This document shows positions 1-9,726 of a DNA stretch of 64,000 nt, one piece after another. Positions within the stretch are counted from its first letter, which is position 1; every line of letters begins with the position of its first letter. This DNA is from Nitrospirota bacterium (lineage in GTDB: Bacteria > Nitrospirota > Thermodesulfovibrionia > Thermodesulfovibrionales > Dissulfurispiraceae): positions 160,001 to 224,000 of the forward strand of contig CAWBMP010000003.1 in NCBI GenBank assembly GCA_963790025.1. Direction: 5' to 3'. A program made the translations under genes and the position numbers. The notes under the pieces are model-generated. The model was given only the letters and a program-made list of their open reading frames with translations, was not told where the DNA came from and did not search any database.

Positions 1-425
1 TCGATGGATTCCTGGGTCTTGTTGGAACCGCTGCTAACTTCAACAATGGGGCCGGCCACCAGAAACCTCTTTGAAAAATCTGTATAAAAAATGCCCTTCT
101 TACCGTTATCATCGACGGATACTTCCCATAGTCCTTTAACAGGACTTATTTGGATGCCCGCAATTTTACCGGTAGAGTGAATTTTTTTTAGTATGCCGAG
201 GGCCTCCTCGTTGGTCAAGGTGTGGCATTTCTTGCAATCGCCGTCGCATCCGCCTTCACTGAAAGTATGGCCCGGGACAGGAAAGAAAAAGGTAAGAAGA
301 AGGCATAAGGCTAACAGAGTTATAGCGTTGAGCCTGCTGCGTTCAGAAAAAAATTGCCTTTGACACCGAACGCTGTACCCGGAGCACTGTACGCAGGAGG
401 CCTTTAATCCATCAACCTTTATCAT
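1..425 (-). CDS. DsbC-family thiol:disulfide isomerase, N-terminal part (runs off window), with N-terminal CxxCH
   Basis: Manual translation, absent from the ORF track: hydrophobic signal segment, GGCDGDCKKCHTL, then SPVKGLWEVSVDDNGKKGIFYTDFSKRFLVAGPIVEV, resembling the DsbC N-terminal dimerisation domain. Start codon uncertain. Confidence 0.65.
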   Translation of the reverse strand, partial: MIKVDGLKASCVQCSGYSVRCQRQFFSERSRLNAITLLALCLLLTFFFPVPGHTFSEGGCDGDCKKCHTLTNEEALGILKKIHSTGKIAGIQISPVKGLWEVSVDDNGKKGIFYTDFSKRFLVAGPIVEVSSGSNKTQESI

Positions 426-451
426 ATTTGTTATGTTAATCAATTTTCTCT

Positions 452-481
452 TTGAATTTCAAGTTACAGTTTTGTTATAAT
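452..481 (+). promoter_or_regulatory. sigma70-type promoter of scpB
   Basis: TTGAAT-18 nt-TATAAT with extended TG, ending 8 nt before the ATG at 490. Confidence 0.5.
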
Positions 482-489
482 TCACGGCA

Positions 490-1020
490 ATGGAGGATTT
501 CTCACCAAAAGCGGTTCTCGAGGCCTTGTTGTTTGTTGCCGGAGAACCCGTAAACATTAGCAGCCTGGTAAAGGCAACAGACCTGCCTGAACACGAAATC
601 AAAAGATTGCTGGACGAATTGTCTTCTGACTACAAGTCCAGGAATTCCGGCATTCTTGTTATCGGGATCGCAGAGGGATACCAGGTGGTAACCGATCCCA
701 ATCTCTCACTGTGGATAAAACGTTTTAAACACATCAACCAAACTAATAAACTCTCGCAGCCTGCCCTTGAGACACTGGCGATAATTGCGTATAAACAGCC
801 TGTAACAAAACTGGAGGTAGACCAATTGCGGGGTGTCAATTCCGACGGGGCCGTCAAGGGCCTTCTGGATAAGCATTTAATTAAAATAGTCGGTAAAAAA
901 GAAACGCCCGGCAGACCGTTTCTATATGGTACGACAAAAGAGTTCATGCAGTACTTTGGCCTCGAAAGTTTAAGCGACTTACCGCCTATAAGTGATTTTT
1001 TAAAGGACGAGGCGGCATAA
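490..1020 (+). CDS. scpB: SMC-Scp complex subunit ScpB
   Basis: LEALLFV, LSQPALETLAIIAYKQPVT, RGVNS and GRPFLYGTT...F...FGL motifs. Confidence 0.95.
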   Translation: MEDFSPKAVLEALLFVAGEPVNISSLVKATDLPEHEIKRLLDELSSDYKSRNSGILVIGIAEGYQVVTDPNLSLWIKRFKHINQTNKLSQPALETLAIIAYKQPVTKLEVDQLRGVNSDGAVKGLLDKHLIKIVGKKETPGRPFLYGTTKEFMQYFGLESLSDLPPISDFLKDEAA

Positions 1021-1045
1021 CTAAACGATTAAAGGAGGACGCAGC

Positions 1046-2212
1046 ATGAAGCGATTTTATGCAGTACTATCCTTTATCATTGCTTTTTCTTTCATCACTG
1101 TAACGGCGGGCGCAAATACTTCCTACACGGTCAGGAAAGGCGATACATTACAGAAGATATGCAAAAAATATAAAGTCAGCGTATTCGAAATAAAGGAATC
1201 CAATGGCCTCAAGTCCAGCAAATTAGGTACCGGAATGAAGCTGTCCATTCCCGGACCCGAAAACAGTCGCAGGAATAAATATACGTCTCGCAACTCAAAG
1301 AATAATTCGTCAAGCTATGCTGTCTCTGAAAGATCCGAAACCAAAAACGCCAAAGACGATGGAACAGTGCATATAGTGAAAAAAGGCGATACGCTGAAAT
1401 CTCTGGCCAGGAAATATGGAGTCACAGTTAATGAATTGAAGAGGGCCAATAATCTGAAAAGGGGCAAATTGAAGATCGGCCAGCAGATCGTGCTCAAAAG
1501 CAATAGCCATGCACCCAATACATATACTGTCAGAAAGGGAGATACGGTCCGTAAGGTTGCGAGGCGCTTCAAGCTGAACGTCGATGATTTAAAAGACATT
1601 AACGGTTTGCAGGGAAACTCTCTTAAGCCCGGTCAAAAACTTTATCTGGCAAGAATTACCCCGAAAATTAGGGAAGCCACTTCTAAACCAACCGACATTT
1701 ATGCAGAAAAAGCCGGCCCTGCGGTTACCTCCGCCCGTCTGGAAGAGGTGAAAGAGATGTCAATTTCTGAAGATGTTCTTGCTGACCTTGATATAAAAGA
1801 GCGTCTTATTCTTTTTGCTAAAAAGATGCTGCACCTACCGTATCATTTCGGCGGAAGTGGCGCAATCGGCCTGGATTGTTCCGCATATGTACAGAAAGTG
1901 TTTGGCTTTATCGGACAGCAGATTCCGCGCAGCGCCCGTGAACAGTTCAACCTTGGAGAAGCTGTAGAAAAAGAAGATCTGGAATCAGGGGACTTGGTTT
2001 TCTTCAAGACCTATGCGTCTTTTCCTTCGCATGTGGGTATTTATCTTGGAAACAACCTTTTCATACATGCCTCATCACTTTCCAGGAAAATAACAATTGA
2101 TAGCCTTGAAACCCCTTACTATTTCAGGCATTTCATCGGCGCCAAGCGCATAATCCCCGATGACGATACTGATGTTGGCCTGATCGAAACACCGGCTGTT
2201 AAAGTGAACTGA
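1046..2212 (+). CDS. LysM (x3) / NlpC-P60 peptidoglycan endopeptidase
   Basis: Signal peptide, three (Y/H)xVxKGDT LysM repeats, C-terminal GLDCSAYV...HVGIY...FIHAS; AGGAGG RBS. Confidence 0.92.
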   Translation: MKRFYAVLSFIIAFSFITVTAGANTSYTVRKGDTLQKICKKYKVSVFEIKESNGLKSSKLGTGMKLSIPGPENSRRNKYTSRNSKNNSSSYAVSERSETKNAKDDGTVHIVKKGDTLKSLARKYGVTVNELKRANNLKRGKLKIGQQIVLKSNSHAPNTYTVRKGDTVRKVARRFKLNVDDLKDINGLQGNSLKPGQKLYLARITPKIREATSKPTDIYAEKAGPAVTSARLEEVKEMSISEDVLADLDIKERLILFAKKMLHLPYHFGGSGAIGLDCSAYVQKVFGFIGQQIPRSAREQFNLGEAVEKEDLESGDLVFFKTYASFPSHVGIYLGNNLFIHASSLSRKITIDSLETPYYFRHFIGAKRIIPDDDTDVGLIETPAVKVN

Positions 2213-2213
2213 T

Positions 2214-3707
2214 TTATTTTCTTAGTACTTCTGGATTAGTATGCGGAATAAACAGCGCCGCGGGGAACTCCTTCATGAATTCACCGTCAGTGTTCATTTC
2301 CCTGTAAGTGACCATAGCGCAGATAGCATCGATGTCCTTGAGGAGAGTACTGTCCATAAGCAGCATTTCGGCCCCGGCGAGAGACGAGTTCCCTAATGGA
2401 ATAAACCTGTCCCGCTGAATATCAGGAATAAACCCTATCCTAATAGCCTTGTCGGTATCTATTCCGGTACCGAGTGCGCCGCTTACATAAAACCTTGCAA
2501 TGTCCCTGAAACTAAGTCCTACAGCCTTGACCATTACATATAATGATGCAAACATTGCGGCCTTGGACCGCAGAAAATTCTCTATGTCGGTTTCCTTGAC
2601 TACAATTGTAGCAGCTTCAGATTCATGCAGGACAAAGCCTTTGCGCCCGTCGGTCTCCCTTATTTTTCCTGAACTGCCGACGAATTTCCCCTGCTGGTTT
2701 ATAATACTTGCGGCATATAGTTCTGAGATCAGATCTATCATGCCGGATCCGCAAATGCCTTTAGGCGGCTTGTCACCGATAGTTTTTATCAAAACAGTAC
2801 CATCGTCCCTTCGGATGTCGACATTACAGATAGCGCCCTCTTCTGCCCTCATACCGGCTTCGGCGATGCCGCTCTCCAGTGCCGGGCCTGCGGCCCCGGC
2901 CCCTACCATTATCCATTCATCACACCCAAGGACAATTTCAGCATTAGTTCCTGCATCAACAATGATAAACGGCTCTTTTTGTTTATATCCTCCTGAAAAA
3001 AGAATACCTGATATGATATCGCCGCCTACATAGCTTCCGGCATTGGGGAATATGTAAACGAGACCCGGTTCATGAATACTGATGCCGATAGTATGAGGCG
3101 CAATGAAAGAAGGTTTATGTACCGCCGGTATATATGGTTCAACCGGAATGGCGTCTACAGACAAGTTCAACAGGAAGTGGGTCATAATAGTATTGCCTGC
3201 AATAATAACTGCTCCGACGTCTTCGATTGCAACTCCGTGCCCGGCACAGAGCTTACCGATTAATTTATTGATTCCGTTGACAAGAAGTGAATGAAGAGAA
3301 TCACCCTTGCCGCCCATGGCCAGGTGCACCCTCGTGAGCACATCCAGCCCGGCACTGATCTGGGGGTTCTCGATTTCAGAACTTCCTATCCGCTCTTTCT
3401 TAATCATGTCGAAGAGCGAGGCGACCATATTTGTTGTGCCTATATCAAGCGCCACAGCATAGGACACCGGCCTTCCTACGTCAATGACCTTATAACTATC
3501 CCCCATGGATCCGAGAACAAGTGTTATCGAAAAATCGTGTTCTCTTAAATAAGCCGGAAGCTTTCTGAGGAGCGCAAGGTCAATGTCTACAGGATCTGCA
3601 ATTCCGATGCTCTTCAATCCATCAAGCAGCCGTTCCTTATCAGCCCGCTTGTCGGATGGTGATGGCTGATCCACGGTCAAGAATACGGTAGTTATAATTG
3701 GTTGCAT
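2214..3707 (-). CDS. ASKHA-type ATPase, RACo/DUF4445 family (reductive activator of corrinoid proteins-like)
   Basis: ALDIGTT, YVGGDIISG, DAGTNAEI, AAGPALE, GICGSG and C-terminal FIPHT motifs; start placed at the internal ATG (MQPII). Confidence 0.85.
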   Translation of the reverse strand: MQPIITTVFLTVDQPSPSDKRADKERLLDGLKSIGIADPVDIDLALLRKLPAYLREHDFSITLVLGSMGDSYKVIDVGRPVSYAVALDIGTTNMVASLFDMIKKERIGSSEIENPQISAGLDVLTRVHLAMGGKGDSLHSLLVNGINKLIGKLCAGHGVAIEDVGAVIIAGNTIMTHFLLNLSVDAIPVEPYIPAVHKPSFIAPHTIGISIHEPGLVYIFPNAGSYVGGDIISGILFSGGYKQKEPFIIVDAGTNAEIVLGCDEWIMVGAGAAGPALESGIAEAGMRAEEGAICNVDIRRDDGTVLIKTIGDKPPKGICGSGMIDLISELYAASIINQQGKFVGSSGKIRETDGRKGFVLHESEAATIVVKETDIENFLRSKAAMFASLYVMVKAVGLSFRDIARFYVSGALGTGIDTDKAIRIGFIPDIQRDRFIPLGNSSLAGAEMLLMDSTLLKDIDAICAMVTYREMNTDGEFMKEFPAALFIPHTNPEVLRK

Positions 3708-3789
3708 ATATTGGAAACCGTCTTTTTTGGTTTTGATTATAACACAACAAGTAAGAGACCGGCGCAAATAGAATTGTCAACCCCGCGAG

Positions 3790-4548
3790 TTACTTTGAGT
3801 TCTTCCCAACATTACTGAAGATAGGAAATCTCATTATTCCGGATTTGGACAATACATATTTCATTGTTACGCCAAGCACCCCGAATCCATATTTGACGCT
3901 CCTGCGAAAGTTTATTGATGAAGCGTCATCAAAATATTTCGTTGGACAGCTTATCTCTCCGATTCTGAATCCGAAATACACAGCCTGGGCGAGTATCTCA
4001 TTATCGAAGACGAAATCATCGGAGTTTGCCTCCAGTGGCAGCGATTCAAGCAGAGCTTGGCTGAATGCCCGGAATCCCGTGTGGTATTCCGAAAGCTTGG
4101 CACCAAGGAGCAAATTTTCTACAAAAGTAAGAAACCGGTTCGCAATATACTTATAGAGCGGCATGCCTCCTTTCAGCGCTCCTCCTCCAAGTATTCTCGA
4201 TCCAAGAACGAGGTCATAATGTCCGGAAATAATCATGGAGGACATTGCCGTTACAAGGCGGGGAGAGTATTGGTAATCAGGGTGGAGCATTACTACTACA
4301 TCAGCCCCTCTTGTCAATGCCTCTTTGTAGCATGTCTTCTGGTTGCCGCCATAGCCGCGATTCTCAATATGAATAATCGTATGAATACCGAGTTTCCTTG
4401 CCTTTAGGGCAGTGTCGTCCCCGCTCCCGTCATCAACCAGGATCACCTCATCTACGATATCCTTCGGAATCTCACGGTACGTCATTTCAAGGGTCTTCGA
4501 TGCATTATAGGCGGGCATGACCACAACGATTTTCTTTTGCTCAAGCAT
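3790..4548 (-). CDS. glycosyltransferase family 2 (DPM1-like)
   Basis: [28 protein letters not shown]; start placed at MLEQKK. Confidence 0.9.
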   Translation of the reverse strand: MLEQKKIVVVMPAYNASKTLEMTYREIPKDIVDEVILVDDGSGDDTALKARKLGIHTIIHIENRGYGGNQKTCYKEALTRGADVVVMLHPDYQYSPRLVTAMSSMIISGHYDLVLGSRILGGGALKGGMPLYKYIANRFLTFVENLLLGAKLSEYHTGFRAFSQALLESLPLEANSDDFVFDNEILAQAVYFGFRIGEISCPTKYFDDASSINFRRSVKYGFGVLGVTMKYVLSKSGIMRFPIFSNVGKNSK

Positions 4549-4616
4549 ATATCCCCTCTGCCTTGCGCACATTTTTACAGCAGCTTATTTATAACATAGA
4601 CGCGCCGGTCCCTTCC

Positions 4617-5327
4617 TTAGAATAATTTTGAGATCAGGAATGGGACTGCCGCTTCGACCGGCAGAATTCTTTCTCCCGCCTGGACAACCCGAAACCCCAA
4701 TGCCCGGAACATATCGATCTCATAAGGAATGAACCCCCCTTCCGGTCCGACTGCAAGAGTCACCGGACATCCAACACTGCACGGGAAAGTCTCCGGCGCA
4801 GTCGGATGGGCAACAAGCGGTAGGGTATTTTTCATTATATCCGGCATCTCATCTTCAACAAATGGTTTAAATAAAGGCCGCAACAGCACTTCAGGCTTAA
4901 CAGTATCGCGGGATTGTTCGAGACCCCGCAGCAGTTGTCTTCTGATAATCATTGCATCGAGTGCCGGGCTTTGCCAGAAACTTTTTTCGACCCTTCGGGA
5001 ATTGATGAGAATGATTTTTCTGACACCAAGTGCACTTGTCATATATAACACTCTCCTAAGTATTTTGGGTCTCGGCATGGCAAGAACAAGAGTTATCGGA
5101 AGTTTCGGAGGCGGTTTTTTGTAAAACCGGACTTCCATTTCCAGAGTATCGCCGCTCAATAACGTAACCAGTCCGCTACCGATATCTCCGCCTTCCAGGC
5201 CTACACAGAGTTCATCTCCTATAGAGGCATGGTGTATTTCCAGAACATGCCGCATACGCCGGTCGCTGAGACGCACAAGATGTCTTCCTTCGACAAAATC
5301 GTTTTCAAAAAGAATAATAAGGTTCAT
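4617..5327 (-). CDS. rsmE: 16S rRNA m3U1498 methyltransferase RsmE
   Basis: SPOUT motifs VGPEGGF and GERILPVEAAV; LALPRPK-like motif LAMPRPK. Confidence 0.85.
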   Translation of the reverse strand: MNLIILFENDFVEGRHLVRLSDRRMRHVLEIHHASIGDELCVGLEGGDIGSGLVTLLSGDTLEMEVRFYKKPPPKLPITLVLAMPRPKILRRVLYMTSALGVRKIILINSRRVEKSFWQSPALDAMIIRRQLLRGLEQSRDTVKPEVLLRPLFKPFVEDEMPDIMKNTLPLVAHPTAPETFPCSVGCPVTLAVGPEGGFIPYEIDMFRALGFRVVQAGERILPVEAAVPFLISKLF

Positions 5328-5332
5328 AGTAA

Positions 5333-5534
5333 GTACTTCGATTCATAAATATGGTTGCATTCGAACGCCGCTGCACCCCTCCAGCTTCGTTGCGCTCCTT
5401 CTCCGTACACAAACGGGGTCCCCGGCAAGTCGGAGACTTGCTGGGGTGCAGAACGGTACGCCTCCACTCGCGCGCCTTGCCGGCGCGGCGCATCAACGCT
5501 CTCAATGCGACACCATATTTATGAACTGAAGTAC
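5333..5534. mobile_element. MITE-like element, copy 1, with ~23-bp terminal inverted repeats and a nested 41-bp insert
   Basis: GTACTTCGATTCATAAATATGGT ... ACCATATTTATGAACTGAAGTAC; a reverse-complement homolog lies at 23420-23581; no transposase. Confidence 0.8.
5415..5448. repeat. 34-bp hairpin element (same family as those in gspI and gspG) nested in MITE copy 1
   Basis: GGGGTCCCCGGCAAGTCGGAGACTTGCTGGGGTG; absent from MITE copy 2. Confidence 0.8.
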
Positions 5535-5578
5535 AATCTGCTATTCCAACTGACAGGCGATTTATTGTATAGTGTAAT

Positions 5579-5710
5579 ATGGTGTCCGGAGGATCTTATG
5601 GCCTCGTTTCAGTATCAAAGCGGAAGCCCCGCTGGCTGATTAAAATCCTGATCACGATTATTGCTATTGCATTGGTACTTACTGCCTTCCTGATATTCAG
5701 GCATTATTAA
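5579..5710 (+). CDS. putative 43-aa single-pass membrane protein
   Basis: Manual translation MVSGGSYGLVSVSKRKPRWLIKILITIIAIALVLTAFLIFRHY; basic patch followed by a hydrophobic helix; fills the intergenic gap. Confidence 0.4.
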   Translation: MVSGGSYGLVSVSKRKPRWLIKILITIIAIALVLTAFLIFRHY

Positions 5711-5713
5711 CCT

Positions 5714-7654
5714 TCATCCCTCAAAAAGCACTTTACCCATGTCCCTGGTATCATAGCCGCCCATAGACTCGACAAGTCCCCTGAATTCGTCATCCTCCCG
5801 TATTATTTGCAGCACTATGCGGACCATTTCAGTCTCTATAAACTCACGCGGAATTGCAAGATCATAACGTTCGCTGGCAACCGGGATAAAATCGAGATCG
5901 AGCGCCCTTGCGGACGAGTAAATGGCAAGCCCCGTATCGGCCAGCCCCGTAAGCACAGCCGATGCAATCGCCATATGCGTGTATTCGTCCCTGTCGTAAC
6001 CTTTAATCATAGAGGGGCTGATGCCTTTGTCTCTAAGATATTTATCCAGCAGCAACCTTGTGCCCGAACCGGACTGCCTGTTGATAAAGAGCACATCATC
6101 CCTCAGGAGGTCTTCAAATCCGCCTATGTTTTTTGGATTACCTCTTTTTACAATAAGTCCCTGCTGCCGGTATACAAGATTCACCAGCAATACTTTACGG
6201 TCCGGCAAAAACCGTTTTATGAAGGGAACATTATATTCTCCTGAGTGTTCATCGAGGAGATGTGTTCCGGCGAAATGCGCTTCTCCCCTTTTCAGCGCCA
6301 TCAATCCCCCCATCGACCCCACATGGGCGGAAGACAGTGAGTAATCCTGGTAATTCTTTTTTATACTATTTGCCAATACATCAAGCGCATTGTCGTGGCT
6401 GCCGATACAAACAATAGTATTTTTTACCTCGTCTTTCTTTCTCAACAGTTCAACCGTCACTTCACTGCCCGCGCTCAACCCCTCTGAACCTGCCGGTATT
6501 CTCAATATCCCGTCGGCCCTCACCAGCGACATAAGCAATCCCGCTCCCCTGCCGACAGGAGTTGCAATATGTTTGTCACCTACAAGCCCCACTTTAACGC
6601 GGATAAACTCATCGATGCCCACTGATGAAGCTAGCTGCCTTGAAATAACTGCTTGTATCCTCTCGCCTGGCCCTGCACTGATGCCTGATAGCCGTGCAAT
6701 GACGGGCTTCACGAAAAGTTGAAAAGTAATATAGGCAGATACTGGATACCCCGGTATGCCGAACACCGGCTTCTTGTTGATAAAACCGATTATAATGGGT
6801 TTCCCGGGCTTGATTGCCGCACCGTTGACCAGTACCTCCCCAAGGGACTGTATCGCTGCCAGCGTGTAATCTTCAGAACCTCTTCCTGATCCCGCGTTGA
6901 TCAGAACAATATCGGATAACAGTGACGCATCATAAAGCGCTTTCTTAATTGCCTCGATATCATCTTTAATGACAGGGACCCTGATGGCTTCAGCATTTAA
7001 CTCCCTGGCAAGGCCCTGGAGCAGTACAGAATTATATTCGATGATCTCAGGAGGAACGGGCGGGCGGTCTCTCACCCTTTCAGGTTCAATGATTTCCGTG
7101 CCTGTAGGAATAACAGCCAGTTTGGGTTTTCTCCTGACTTTTATTTCAAGATGCCCGCTCGCAAGCATTGCTCCTATGTCGATCGGTCTTATTAAATGGT
7201 TTTCAGGGATTATTAACTCGGTAGCGACAATATCTTCTCCGATTGTCCGCACATTATGGTAGGGAGGCACCGGCTGGTAAATTTCAATAAATTCCGACTT
7301 CTCTCTTCTGACTATGTTCACATCCTCTATCATTATCACCGCGTTGAATCCTTCCGGCATGGGATCGCCGGTGTCAACATACAAAGCAGTATGCCCCAGC
7401 TCCAATAGAAGCGGTGTTGTCTCACCTGATGCGAAAGTATCGGCAAAACGCACTGCATAGCCGTCCATGGCAGCGGAATGATAAAAGGGCGACGAATACT
7501 TTGCAAAAACAGGCTGTGCAGAAGTCCTGCCCCGCGCTTCGTTAACACTGACCATCTCGGCATCCAGAGCATGCAATCCAATTTCGTCAATATGTTTGAA
7601 CAGAAGTTCAAGTGTCTTTTCGAGAGAAGGCGTATCGAGAAAGACCTGTTTCAT
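5714..7654 (-). CDS. moeA: molybdopterin molybdotransferase MoeA fused to a periplasmic-binding-protein-like (PBP/LysR substrate-binding) domain
   Basis: AAMDGYAV, IPTGTEI, IKPGKP, GIPGYPVSA; C-terminal IGSHD...VGSMGGL...INRQSGSGTR. Confidence 0.9.
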   Translation of the reverse strand: MKQVFLDTPSLEKTLELLFKHIDEIGLHALDAEMVSVNEARGRTSAQPVFAKYSSPFYHSAAMDGYAVRFADTFASGETTPLLLELGHTALYVDTGDPMPEGFNAVIMIEDVNIVRREKSEFIEIYQPVPPYHNVRTIGEDIVATELIIPENHLIRPIDIGAMLASGHLEIKVRRKPKLAVIPTGTEIIEPERVRDRPPVPPEIIEYNSVLLQGLARELNAEAIRVPVIKDDIEAIKKALYDASLLSDIVLINAGSGRGSEDYTLAAIQSLGEVLVNGAAIKPGKPIIIGFINKKPVFGIPGYPVSAYITFQLFVKPVIARLSGISAGPGERIQAVISRQLASSVGIDEFIRVKVGLVGDKHIATPVGRGAGLLMSLVRADGILRIPAGSEGLSAGSEVTVELLRKKDEVKNTIVCIGSHDNALDVLANSIKKNYQDYSLSSAHVGSMGGLMALKRGEAHFAGTHLLDEHSGEYNVPFIKRFLPDRKVLLVNLVYRQQGLIVKRGNPKNIGGFEDLLRDDVLFINRQSGSGTRLLLDKYLRDKGISPSMIKGYDRDEYTHMAIASAVLTGLADTGLAIYSSARALDLDFIPVASERYDLAIPREFIETEMVRIVLQIIREDDEFRGLVESMGGYDTRDMGKVLFEG

Positions 7655-7771
7655 AAAGCCTCCACAAAAGCTAAGAGCCTAGAGTCCGGAGCCAAAAGCC
7701 GACGATATATATTAAGGTATTTATAATTATAACATGAAGGTAGTTATTAAACTTTTTGCCGGATTGAGGAA

Positions 7772-8392
7772 TTATGGTGAGTAATCTTCGATTTTGATAT
7801 TATTAATGTAATCAACCCGAAACCCTGAATTGCTGCATTTGATGATGTTCAGGCAGCCATAATCCTGGTTTATCTTGAACAGATCACGCAGTGAGATCCC
7901 CAGCACATGACACAGGATCAGCCGGTTGACACCGGCATGGCCGACAATGAGAATATTTTCCTCTGCTGGTCCCAGGATGTCATGAAAAGCTGTAATCACG
8001 CGCCTGCCGCACTCGGCAAAGCTCTCGCCACCTGTAATGCGATAATTGAAAATGTCTTCGCCGCGTCTGCTGAACTCTTCCGGTAGACGCTGTGCGATAT
8101 CGGAAAATGTGAAGCCTTCCCACTCGCCAAGACTTATTTCCCTCAGGTCTTTTCGCTCTATAATTTCGATATGCCTGTCAACGGCTATTATCCCGGCCGT
8201 CTGTCTTGTGCGTGAAAGGTCGCTGCAATATATCGAGCACAGATCCTCATCGGCAAGCCTTTTTTGCAAACAGACTGATTGTCTGACACCTTCCTCATCC
8301 AACGGGAGATCGGTCTGTCCTATATATCGTTTCTCATTATCCGGCGATTGCGTTTTCCCATGCCTGACCAAAAATACCGTCAGTAACTTCAT
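7772..8392 (-). CDS. histidine phosphatase family protein (CobC-like)
   Basis: LVRHG, SDLSR, LREISLGEWEG, VGHAGVNR. Confidence 0.85.
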   Translation of the reverse strand: MKLLTVFLVRHGKTQSPDNEKRYIGQTDLPLDEEGVRQSVCLQKRLADEDLCSIYCSDLSRTRQTAGIIAVDRHIEIIERKDLREISLGEWEGFTFSDIAQRLPEEFSRRGEDIFNYRITGGESFAECGRRVITAFHDILGPAEENILIVGHAGVNRLILCHVLGISLRDLFKINQDYGCLNIIKCSNSGFRVDYINNIKIEDYSP

Positions 8393-8396
8393 CTGT

Positions 8397-9725
8397 TCAA
8401 TTCGACTCCGTTATATATCTTTTCCCTGCCGGAGGCGGCAAAGTGCCCTCGCATCGCTCAGTATTGAGGACCACTTTCAACCTGCCGCTGCGCCTTGCCT
8501 CGCATATTGCCGGACTTGTATTCAGTCCCTTGGAAAGCGCACGTTTGACAGCCTGATCAGATCCACTAGCCATCAAAGCCGTAATGATCAGCTTTGTTGC
8601 TCGTCGTGCATTGTCTACCTGGGCCGTAAAGTTGATGACTCCTGGTACCTCAAACAAACCTTCATCCAGTTCGGGCATGTCAAAATAGCGCTTCCCATCT
8701 ATCAAAATGGGGCCTTTTTTTCTTCCGGCAATCTTGTCCAGGCGTCTAAGTATGCTGCCGCATTCGCATGGCCCCGGGAGAAAACGGGAAATATCACCGG
8801 TGCGGTAACGGATGAGGGGCATACCCTGCTGGGTCAAAGTTGTGAAGACGACCTCGCCTTGTTTTCCTTCGGACAGGGGGCCACCGGCATCGTCGACAAT
8901 TTCAAAATATAAATCCGCCTCTCGCAGGTGATATCCGTCATGAGCCTCGCACTCCACTCCGCCACCCAGGCCCATTTCGGTCATGCCGTAATGTTCAAAG
9001 ACACGGCAGTCCCATAGCCGCCGGAGTTCCTTTATAATGACCCCGGGAACATTGTCAGTGCTTAATAGTACACTCTTCAAGCGAAACTTGATGCCCACAG
9101 CATCTGCATATCGAGCAAGCGCGAGTACCTGCACCGGTATCCCGACTAGGGAATTAATAGTCTCCCGACCCATAATTGTCAGTGTGTCCTGAATATTGCG
9201 AACAACGCCATGAGGCACCGGCGTGACGCCTGAACGCTTCAGGGCCGATGCAAGCAAATCACCGACGCTCCCGGCGCGCTCACCCGGCAGCAGTATCAGT
9301 ACCCTGTCACCCTTTTCGACAAGGGTCGACATCCCCTGTTGAAAGAAATCGATCGTCAATTCCTGGTCGGAACGCGTGAAGTACAGGCGTTTGGGGTTGC
9401 CTGTTGTGCCGGATGTGTCCAATGTAACTACCCGGCCGATATCATCCTGCGAAACACAAAGGAAGCGGACAGAGTGTTCCCTTATATCTTCGGCGGTGGT
9501 GAATGGAAAACGGCCCAAATCAGCAAGACTGCTAAGCTCCAAGTCAGCGCCTTTCAACAGGTCCCTGTAAAAAGGGCTTTGAACGGATGCCATGCGTATC
9601 GTCTCCCACAGTTTTTGCAGTTGGTGCGATTGGATTTGCTCCCGGCTCAAGGCATGCCTGTCTGCACCTATCTTGCGGGCTATCCAGGCTTCCAGAGGTG
9701 TCTTTGGGACACATGTCATACTCAT
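8397..9725 (-). CDS. phenylacetate-CoA ligase-like AMP-dependent ligase (DVU_1553 family)
   Basis: TSGTTGNPKR, HYGMTEMG, PLIRYRTGD; located in the Mop cluster; start approximate. Confidence 0.85.
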   Translation of the reverse strand: MSMTCVPKTPLEAWIARKIGADRHALSREQIQSHQLQKLWETIRMASVQSPFYRDLLKGADLELSSLADLGRFPFTTAEDIREHSVRFLCVSQDDIGRVVTLDTSGTTGNPKRLYFTRSDQELTIDFFQQGMSTLVEKGDRVLILLPGERAGSVGDLLASALKRSGVTPVPHGVVRNIQDTLTIMGRETINSLVGIPVQVLALARYADAVGIKFRLKSVLLSTDNVPGVIIKELRRLWDCRVFEHYGMTEMGLGGGVECEAHDGYHLREADLYFEIVDDAGGPLSEGKQGEVVFTTLTQQGMPLIRYRTGDISRFLPGPCECGSILRRLDKIAGRKKGPILIDGKRYFDMPELDEGLFEVPGVINFTAQVDNARRATKLIITALMASGSDQAVKRALSKGLNTSPAICEARRSGRLKVVLNTERCEGTLPPPAGKRYITESN

Positions 9726-9726
9726 A

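Noticed and set aside
5305..5639. ORFs 5305-5505, 5355-5639 and 23501-23812
   Set aside because: They are translations of the MITE sequence.
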